Shown here: positions 57,470 through 64,000 of the stretch, in pieces | Position numbering within the stretch: the stretch's first letter is position 1 | How the letters are laid out: every line of letters begins with the position of its first letter | Origin: a virus | DNA length: 64,000 nucleotides | Virus record (IMG/VR): IMGVR_UViG_3300036851_000272 | Coordinates: 4,422-68,421 of that record | Direction: 5' to 3' (one strand) | The notes under the pieces: model-generated | What the model saw: only the letters and a program-made list of their open reading frames with translations | Databases searched by the model: none | Told to the model about the DNA's origin: nothing | Made by a program: the position numbers and the translations under genes

Positions 57470-58201
57470 ATGATCAGCGCATTAGAATTTGAGATTCTGC
57501 GGAGAGCGTACCCGCAGGCGCCGGACAAGGTGGACGGCAGCGCGTACGCTGGGAAGTCAAAGCTTGCGGTATTGATGGGGCCGGGATTCTTTGACGAGAT
57601 CCGCGGCAAGGACGTGGTGGATTTTGGCTGTGGCTCTGGAAGGGAAGCGCTCGAAATGGCGCAGGCCGGAGCCGCAAGCGTGATCGGACTCGATATTCAA
57701 GAAAGCCTGTTAGTCGAAGCACGAGAGCGTTGCGCGGGGTATCGCAATATCGACTTTCGTACTCCTGGACATCGTGTTCAGGCCGATGTTGTAGTATCCA
57801 TTGATTCCTTCGAGCACTTCGCCAACCCCCAGATAGTGCTGGCGAGCATGTGGAACGCGCTAAAGCCAGGAGGGAAGATTATGGTGTCCTTCGGCCCCAC
57901 ATGGTACCACCCGCTCGGTGGCCACCTGTTCAGCGTGTTCCCCTGGGCGCACCTGCTGTTCACCGAGAAGGCGCTCATCCGCTGGCGCTCCACGTTCAAG
58001 ACTGACGGAGCAACCCGTTTCTCCGAGTGCGCCGGAGGGCTGAACAAGATGACCATCGCGCGATTCGAGCGACTAGTGGCCGCGAGCCCGCTAAAACTAG
58101 AGAAACTGGAGTGCGTGCCGATTCGACGACTGGAGCGACTGCATAATCGGCTGACACGGGAGTTCACCACTGCCATTGTGCGGTGCACGCTCGCAACATG
58201 A
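57470..58201 (+). CDS. Class I SAM methyltransferase (moron)
   Basis: VVDFGCGSG, VIGLDI, DVVVSIDSFEH, LKPGG; own promoter TTGCAA-N17-TAAGCT (57424-57452), GGAGG RBS. Confidence 0.9.
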   Translation: MISALEFEILRRAYPQAPDKVDGSAYAGKSKLAVLMGPGFFDEIRGKDVVDFGCGSGREALEMAQAGAASVIGLDIQESLLVEARERCAGYRNIDFRTPGHRVQADVVVSIDSFEHFANPQIVLASMWNALKPGGKIMVSFGPTWYHPLGGHLFSVFPWAHLLFTEKALIRWRSTFKTDGATRFSECAGGLNKMTIARFERLVAASPLKLEKLECVPIRRLERLHNRLTREFTTAIVRCTLAT

Positions 58202-58225
58202 AAAAGGCCCCGGTTTCCCGAGGCC
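58201..58225 (-). terminator. Intrinsic terminator ending late operon
   Basis: Minus strand GGCCTCGG-GAAA-CCGGGGCC-TTTTT. Confidence 0.8.
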
Positions 58226-58262
58226 CATTCGTCGGCGATGGCACGGCTCGTACCCCGCGAAA

Positions 58263-58802
58263 TTATGGTGGATCGTGCGTCCAATAGGCCAGAAACACAA
58301 TATCCTCAGCGCCGAATGGCCGGTACGTGGGAACCGTCATAACAATCTCTTTTGGCGTGGCCGTGTTAGGCGTCACGATATCTACGGTACCGCCTCCAAC
58401 TTGACCGGACTTGAAGAACGCCAACACCAATGTGTTCGGAGCAGGCGTGTACTTCAAAATGAGCAGTTGAGTCGAAGTGAAGGCAGGAAGTGCCGGATTG
58501 AGATTAGCCGATTCTTTCACCATTCGTGGAAGGCTAGCTGGAGTTGCAGCAGGTGGCGGGGGAGTCGCCGCTTCGATTGTGTCGGTGGCGAGATTGATCA
58601 CTAGGCCCTTGCCGATGTTGAGGCACCGCACCACGTAGAAGTTAGCCGCCCCAATTGTCACAGGGACTTTGACTGGAACGCGAGCGACGCCGTTGAACGG
58701 ACACCCTTTCTCCAGCAGATCGATCGTTCCCTGTGTCTGCGCATGCGCGGCGACGGCGAGGCAAAAAGCGAAGGCCACCCGCGCGAACGCAGGGTGGTCC
58801 AT
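58263..58802 (-). CDS. Signal-peptide-bearing hypothetical protein
   Basis: MDHPAFARVAFAFCLAVAAHA-QTQG (AxA cleavage site). Confidence 0.7.
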   Translation of the reverse strand: MDHPAFARVAFAFCLAVAAHAQTQGTIDLLEKGCPFNGVARVPVKVPVTIGAANFYVVRCLNIGKGLVINLATDTIEAATPPPPAATPASLPRMVKESANLNPALPAFTSTQLLILKYTPAPNTLVLAFFKSGQVGGGTVDIVTPNTATPKEIVMTVPTYRPFGAEDIVFLAYWTHDPP

Positions 58803-58828
58803 AGGTCGTGGTGTTTCTCTTTTATGCC

Positions 58829-59050
58829 TCATCTGCAATTATAGCCTCTCATCTCTATCTCAGCACGAAGCCGGTCAATCTCTTCAGATAGTTGCCGAGT
58901 CGTCAAATTCATATCGTTCGATGAGATACCCCAAACGTTCAGCACTTCCCGGCGCAGACTGGTAACCTCATCTCGCAGGCGTACGCGATTGGCTTTCATC
59001 CAAGTGGTGACTGCGATTGAAAGTGCTGTTTTGGTATTCATACCATTCAT
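58829..59050 (-). CDS. Small coiled-coil protein
   Basis: Operon packing. Confidence 0.45.
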   Translation of the reverse strand: MNGMNTKTALSIAVTTWMKANRVRLRDEVTSLRREVLNVWGISSNDMNLTTRQLSEEIDRLRAEIEMRGYNCR

Positions 59051-59074
59051 GGCGCCAGAAAAGCCTGCGTGGGC

Positions 59075-59326
59075 TCAAGCCCGCGAAGCCATTTCGAATC
59101 GGCTGGAGATATTGGACTTGTTGAATTTTCTGTAGTTGATGAACATACAGTCCCCCAATTCCAAGAACAGCAGCCGAACGCGGCCCCAGTAGGAGTAAGT
59201 TTTATACTGGCCGGTATAGTATCGCCGATCTTTCCCCAAGACTTGCGCCTGCTTCCATTTACCAGGGTAGTGCCGGATTGCAAGGCCGGAAACCGCTTTC
59301 GTTTCAGTGGTGCTCATACTCTTCAT
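59075..59326 (-). CDS. Small basic hypothetical protein
   Basis: ATGA-coupled to tailspike stop. Confidence 0.4.
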   Translation of the reverse strand: MKSMSTTETKAVSGLAIRHYPGKWKQAQVLGKDRRYYTGQYKTYSYWGRVRLLFLELGDCMFINYRKFNKSNISSRFEMASRA

Positions 59327-61920
59327 GGTGTCAGATACGCCTGCGTAACGCCACCTGTTTCTCGATACCACGTCGGAGCGGCCCCGGCCACCAGCGGCAC
59401 TACATGCGTTGTCGAGCTTGAGTAAGCCGTGGGCGAACTGAAAGTTGGAGAGGCGCTACGCTCCCCCGTACGCGCCGTCGAATAGCTGATGGGCACGCTA
59501 CGGTCGCTGCCCGCCGCTTGTGTCGAGAACTCGAACGGGCGGATCTGTGTGCCGCAGGCTACCTGGCCCCAGACTTTCGTGCTGGCCGTCAGTAGCGTGT
59601 TGGTGCCGAGTACGAAGATGCGCCGGGTGCCAGCGCTGTAGCTCCCCGAACGGGCATCCGTCTGCTCCCCGGCGTCCGAGGTATCGGCATGCAGCGTAGT
59701 GCGAGCGAAATTGGTCCACAGCTTCACATCGCAAGCTGCCGTGCTCGGCGCGGTGTAGGTCAGTGTGGCGCGCGTCGAGGCTGGCTGGATACTGAGATCC
59801 TCCAACCACCGCGGAGTGCCCGCTACCGTACCGCTCGTATGGTACTCTTGCTCATCGATGAAAGCGCCGGGTGCCTTGCCATTCGGAGCGGTGAAGGCAC
59901 AGCCAGACACGCAGTCGGGGCTGTAGGGGCTACCAAGTTGCAGCCGGTTGTCAGTGCTGGAGACAAACGGTACCGGATTCACGTTGACTGTGTTGGTTCG
60001 GCAGGCCGCGTATCCGGGCGTGTCCGTTCCCTCTAGTAGGTTGGCGTTGATTGAGAAGGGGGCCACGCCGATGGTCATTATTTGCGCTAACCCAGCTGCG
60101 CCACAGGTCCCATCTGTGTCCGGAGTAGTGAAGCCGATGATGTTGTAAGTTCCCTCCGGCCCGATGTTTCCCTCCATCTTGAAGTTAGTAAGCGGGCCAT
60201 CGGCTACCGTCTCATTCATCCTCAACCATGAATGCACTGAGGCTGAAGCTCCTTTGCGCACAGTGTTGTAGAGAAATTGCGCGCCCTGCATGCCGCTGTC
60301 GATACCAAACGAGAAGCAATGCGCATTGTTGCCAGCGGCGTAGTATGTCATCTCTGGATGATTGCAAAGATTGGTGACTGTGTTGTTGACGAACAGCAGA
60401 TTGCGATTTTGCTGCGCTGCTCCCCCGCAAGTTCCAGTGTGCCAGGCCCGCCAGAGATTGTCCCCACGATTGTTCGTGAAGCCAGTGTTCTGGATGTTGG
60501 TCCAAGGATTGTTGCTGTTGCCGCAGATCCCAGCGTCTGCTTGCGATGCCAGACTTGCAGTACCGGGATTACCACTGTCTGCCCCCTCGAAGCCATTCTC
60601 GATCCAGTTTCCCTCAATTCGGCAATTCGAGCATTGCTTGAGTTCGATCGGGGCCTTAAGCTGATACTGGCTGCGAAAGGTCATAGAGGTATCCTGTGAC
60701 CCCCACGTTCCGCTGTAGCCGGAGCCGTTGCAGGGATAGCAGCCGCCTGCCGTACAGTTGCTGATGGATATGGTGGTATCGCGATACATCTGGCCGGGAA
60801 AGCATGCGCCTTGAGACAGCGCAGTCGGCGAGCCAGTTCCCACCCCCCGAGAGCTATTAGTCACTACTTGCATGTACCCGGATTTGAAGATGTGATTCCG
60901 CAGTACTAAAAGTTCGGAGACTTGCCGGTTTGGGATCGCGGAGCCAGTGCCGCCAGTGAGTATGCCATGCGTGGCGCAGTTGAGATAGTTGTTCTCGATT
61001 CTAATTCCCCACGAGTTCACCCCGCCATAGATACAATGCGTCTCGTCAGTGGTCATTTTTATGTGTCCAAACCAGCTATCCCGAACGCTGACGTTGTTGG
61101 CGTTGATCGCAATTCCGCGCTTCGGCCCGTTGAGGTTTTGCTGTCCTCTGAATAAGCTGTGCTCGATCTCGAAATGATGTGGCATGCCTTCGACTGAAGC
61201 CTCCAACCCAGTGCCGAGTTGGAGCATGTCGGTAACCAGTGCCACTGCTCCTGTATAGAAATCAATTCCCTTAAACTGGACATTGTGGCCAACCTTGCCA
61301 GGCGTGCAGTACTGCGTTCCGGTGCCGATGTCGATGATGTCAACCACTGCACCTTGGTAGGTGAGTTGAAAGGTCGCTCCAGTGACCCCGGTCATGATGT
61401 ATTGCCGGTTGGCGGTCACGCCTCCCATAATTACTGAGGTTGTCGGCCCGCCCATGCCGTCGCTATTGGCGATCCGGCACGCGATCGGGTCACCTTCGAC
61501 GATCCCAACAGAACTGGCAACAGTAATCGTGTTGGCTCCTGCGTTGATCGAGCTTACGGTAGTCTGCTCCCGGCCAGCGCGCATGATCGCGGTATTGGCA
61601 TCGGACGGCGTGAATTGCGCCATCAGTGGTGAGTGGGATTCATTCACCCGGTAGCCGGTAGCAGGAAGCTCAGGCCAGCGGGAAGAGCGAAACGTGATGT
61701 ACTTCGCTCCAGCCTTCCAGCTCAGCGTGCAAGCCATCGCGAACGACTCACCAGCCCGCACGGTGATCGTGTCCCCGCCAACTGTACCAGCGTCGTTGTG
61801 TGCTGTACATGGATCGGTGAAATTGCACCCGGAGGCGCAGACGGTGTGGTCGGCAGCTACCGCAACTGATCCGGCAAAGACCGCAAACACTGCCAGCCGT
61901 AGGTGGTTTGACAAAGTCAT
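59323..61920 (-). CDS. Right-handed beta-helix tailspike/depolymerase-like protein with signal peptide
   Basis: TVCASGCNF...GDTITV.AG, IENNYL, V.RNH..K, IELK......IEGN.IEN; N-terminal LAVFAVFAGSVAVA-AD. Confidence 0.8.
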   Translation of the reverse strand: MTLSNHLRLAVFAVFAGSVAVAADHTVCASGCNFTDPCTAHNDAGTVGGDTITVRAGESFAMACTLSWKAGAKYITFRSSRWPELPATGYRVNESHSPLMAQFTPSDANTAIMRAGREQTTVSSINAGANTITVASSVGIVEGDPIACRIANSDGMGGPTTSVIMGGVTANRQYIMTGVTGATFQLTYQGAVVDIIDIGTGTQYCTPGKVGHNVQFKGIDFYTGAVALVTDMLQLGTGLEASVEGMPHHFEIEHSLFRGQQNLNGPKRGIAINANNVSVRDSWFGHIKMTTDETHCIYGGVNSWGIRIENNYLNCATHGILTGGTGSAIPNRQVSELLVLRNHIFKSGYMQVVTNSSRGVGTGSPTALSQGACFPGQMYRDTTISISNCTAGGCYPCNGSGYSGTWGSQDTSMTFRSQYQLKAPIELKQCSNCRIEGNWIENGFEGADSGNPGTASLASQADAGICGNSNNPWTNIQNTGFTNNRGDNLWRAWHTGTCGGAAQQNRNLLFVNNTVTNLCNHPEMTYYAAGNNAHCFSFGIDSGMQGAQFLYNTVRKGASASVHSWLRMNETVADGPLTNFKMEGNIGPEGTYNIIGFTTPDTDGTCGAAGLAQIMTIGVAPFSINANLLEGTDTPGYAACRTNTVNVNPVPFVSSTDNRLQLGSPYSPDCVSGCAFTAPNGKAPGAFIDEQEYHTSGTVAGTPRWLEDLSIQPASTRATLTYTAPSTAACDVKLWTNFARTTLHADTSDAGEQTDARSGSYSAGTRRIFVLGTNTLLTASTKVWGQVACGTQIRPFEFSTQAAGSDRSVPISYSTARTGERSASPTFSSPTAYSSSTTHVVPLVAGAAPTWYRETGGVTQAYLTP

Positions 61921-61923
61921 ACG

Positions 61924-63402
61924 CTAAAAGATCAATGTCAGGTTAAACACAACGGCCTCATCCTGTAGCGTATCTGCCGCGTCTCCACTGTTTCTATAGA
62001 GCGCGATTTGTAGCAATCCTCCACCAGAACAGCTATCCATTGTTAGAGAGGCCAATGACCCGAAATAGTATACTCCCCGTGCAACCGTCGTGTAGGTGAT
62101 GTCGATAGCCTGCGGGGTGCCAAATGTGGGAACTCTCAAATCCTGTCCGGCAACAACACAATCTGTTTTTATAAAAAACCTCGCAACTTCCCCGTTTGTT
62201 CCACCCACACCTTCGGGAGATGTGTCGAGTTTTACCTGTACTGCTCCAGAGGTATAAGATGATGGAATTCGAATCCAGTGCCACAATTCGCTTGATGCTG
62301 CTCCGGTGTTATCAAAGCTTGCTCCAGCCGGAGAGGAAACGTTGGTGCTTGTGGGATAGGACAGTCCTGTTAAACCTTGCGCCGCCCAACCATTGCTTGC
62401 CCGGTAACTCCCGGCTGAGTCTATCGCGCCCACTGGAAGATTTATAGAAACACTCGAAGAACCGCTGCCGCCAATCCCCCGCTGCGTGAAATAGTTCGCG
62501 CCGTCCGAGAAGATCCGCACGCCTTGCGCGGTGGTGAGTGCTAGCGAAGCAGCTCCGTCGATGGTGCTGGTGGTTGGCGTGATGGTCAATGTCCCCACGC
62601 CACGGTTCTGCACATCCATGAACCAGCCGCTGTCGAAGCCAGCCCCGGCAGCGCTAGGCAGCGTTGCCGCGATAGCAGAGCCGTTCGTGTGAGTAACCAG
62701 CTTGCGCCAGTCGGAATCGAGATAAGTGTAGGTGGTACCGGTCTGGGCGTTCACTGTGAACGTGTTGCGAGTGACAGTGCTATCGGTAGCACATTGAGGA
62801 TTGCCATTCACATCCACGCCACAGCTCAACCCGTCGCCCGCCACTGGGGCGCTGGTGCTGCTGAGAACACGCAACTCTGTAACAGCCACCCATGCTGCGG
62901 TACCGGGGTCGGTAGCTGTGATGCTCGCGATGGGAATCATCGTTGGTCCGTAGCTGGATAGATCAACGTTGCTCGTGTCGGTATAGCCTGACACGCCGGA
63001 CATTGTGTTCGCCCCACGCGCCAGCGTTACCGGCACTCCCCCGGCGTCGAGGCAATTAAACCCGATGTAGCTTGTGGCAGCACCGTCTGCAAGAGTGAAT
63101 GTGGTGGCCGCGACAGTGTAGACAAGGCTGCCACATCGCACCTTGCCCGCGGCGAGCGTGGCAACGTTGGTGGAGATGGTCACCTTCAGATCGGTGAGGC
63201 CAGTGATGGCTGTGACTCCGGCCCCACTCGCGCTACATGCGAACCAGCTTGACGCGTTCACCCAGGTCAATACGCATCCGTCTGCAACGGAAAGCGGCGA
63301 TTCGATCACCCTCCCGCGCAGCCGCGCAGCGTTGCTCGATGTGAACAACTGTGCGTAGCCCACCGGGCCCGCGAGAAGCAGGAGAATCAGTATCTTTACC
63401 AT
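61924..63402 (-). CDS. Tail fibre-like protein with signal peptide
   Basis: MVKILILLLLAGPVGYA-Q; VNAQTGTTYT...D..KLVT.TN.SAIA.TLP...TIDG...SDG.NY module. Confidence 0.8.
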   Translation of the reverse strand: MVKILILLLLAGPVGYAQLFTSSNAARLRGRVIESPLSVADGCVLTWVNASSWFACSASGAGVTAITGLTDLKVTISTNVATLAAGKVRCGSLVYTVAATTFTLADGAATSYIGFNCLDAGGVPVTLARGANTMSGVSGYTDTSNVDLSSYGPTMIPIASITATDPGTAAWVAVTELRVLSSTSAPVAGDGLSCGVDVNGNPQCATDSTVTRNTFTVNAQTGTTYTYLDSDWRKLVTHTNGSAIAATLPSAAGAGFDSGWFMDVQNRGVGTLTITPTTSTIDGAASLALTTAQGVRIFSDGANYFTQRGIGGSGSSSVSINLPVGAIDSAGSYRASNGWAAQGLTGLSYPTSTNVSSPAGASFDNTGAASSELWHWIRIPSSYTSGAVQVKLDTSPEGVGGTNGEVARFFIKTDCVVAGQDLRVPTFGTPQAIDITYTTVARGVYYFGSLASLTMDSCSGGGLLQIALYRNSGDAADTLQDEAVVFNLTLIF

Positions 63403-63414
63403 TGCGGCTCCTTT

Positions 63415-63786
63415 TTAGGCCATCTCTAGCGCTACCGTGAGTGTGCTGCCAGCCGTCTGCGCGACGGACGACACGAATTGCCACCAGTTGGCCGCCATCA
63501 CTGGCAATTGTGTGATGCTGATATAGCGGCTGGCCACGACCCCTGTTGCTTGGATGAGATTCGCGCCATCGTCGTACATCGGCAATACAGTGGCAGGCGC
63601 TGCCGCTACGTTCCCTGTGGGATCGACGATCTCAGCAGGGCTACCCTTGAACGACACGGCACCCGTCACCCACGCGGCATCCGTATAGAAGCCGAGGACT
63701 TTCATTTCCGCACTGATACGAGTGATGGCGGAAGCCGTCGCTCCGGCGGGAATTGGGATCTGCATGTAAGAAACTCTGTGAATCAT
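63415..63786 (-). CDS. Small putative virion protein
   Basis: GAGGAG RBS; beta-rich; precedes fibre genes. Confidence 0.6.
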   Translation of the reverse strand: MIHRVSYMQIPIPAGATASAITRISAEMKVLGFYTDAAWVTGAVSFKGSPAEIVDPTGNVAAAPATVLPMYDDGANLIQATGVVASRYISITQLPVMAANWWQFVSSVAQTAGSTLTVALEMA

Positions 63787-63795
63787 GGTGCTCCT

Positions 63796-64000
63796 CTATT
63801 CTTCTACGTCAACCTTAAATCGCTCCGCTATCTCGCGTTTGACCCTTCGGATGATATCCGCAATCTCTTTTTTCCGTTCGGCAGGATCGCTCGGGAGGTT
63901 ATTCAATTCTTGCCGCAACGTCAGTTCGATCGCCTTCCCGACGTAGTTCTTTCTGTCCCGATAGGCATCATCAGTTTCGCCGGGATTCTGCCGCACGCTG
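63796..64000 (-). CDS. 3' end of a larger ORF (probably large internal virion protein)
   Basis: Frame open to right edge; charged helical C-terminus. Confidence 0.55.
   Translation of the reverse strand, partial: SVRQNPGETDDAYRDRKNYVGKAIELTLRQELNNLPSDPAERKKEIADIIRRVKREIAERFKVDVEE

Larger units (their letters stand above)
1..64000. mobile_element. Temperate podovirus-like phage genome (partial, probably circularly permuted)
   Basis: Terminase, portal, scaffold, capsid, adaptor/nozzle, fibres, integrase, RecT and replication genes; no tape measure or sheath gene and no host housekeeping genes recognised. Confidence 0.93.

Overview
The window appears to be entirely phage DNA: most of the genome of a temperate, podovirus-like dsDNA phage, with no recognisable host genes and the late operon cut at both edges (probably a circularly permuted genome). 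1-27.9 kb (minus strand) is the late region: TerS, a large terminase split into separate ATPase and nuclease genes, portal, scaffold, major capsid, adaptor, nozzle, tail fibre, membrane/lysis-type genes, internal-virion proteins, two glycosyltransferases and a methyltransferase. 28-32.9 kb holds small genes and a possible terminus region. 32.9-36.5 kb (plus strand) is an early transcript of repeat-delimited small genes ending in a XerC-like recombinase. 36.6-55.2 kb (minus strand) is the replication/recombination operon (initiator with iterons, HNHs, RusA, integrase/Xis, nuclease, RecT, DUF2303). 55-57.4 kb is the immunity region; 58.2-64 kb is the distal end of the late operon (tailspike/fibre genes). 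Most notable: (i) beside a switch of two divergent ribbon-helix-helix-like regulators lies a 7-TM membrane protein convergent with an unannotated 57-aa secreted Pro/Cys pre-peptide, the cassette being bracketed by two near-identical outward-facing promoter/operator copies, one of which fires a ~400-nt ORF-poor transcript - a candidate peptide communication system for lysis/lysogeny; (ii) a Tat-signal protein whose body is a paralog of part of the major capsid protein; (iii) fibre/spike proteins with Sec-type signal peptides. All family calls are by motif recognition by eye, not database search; an Acidobacteriota-like host is only my impression.
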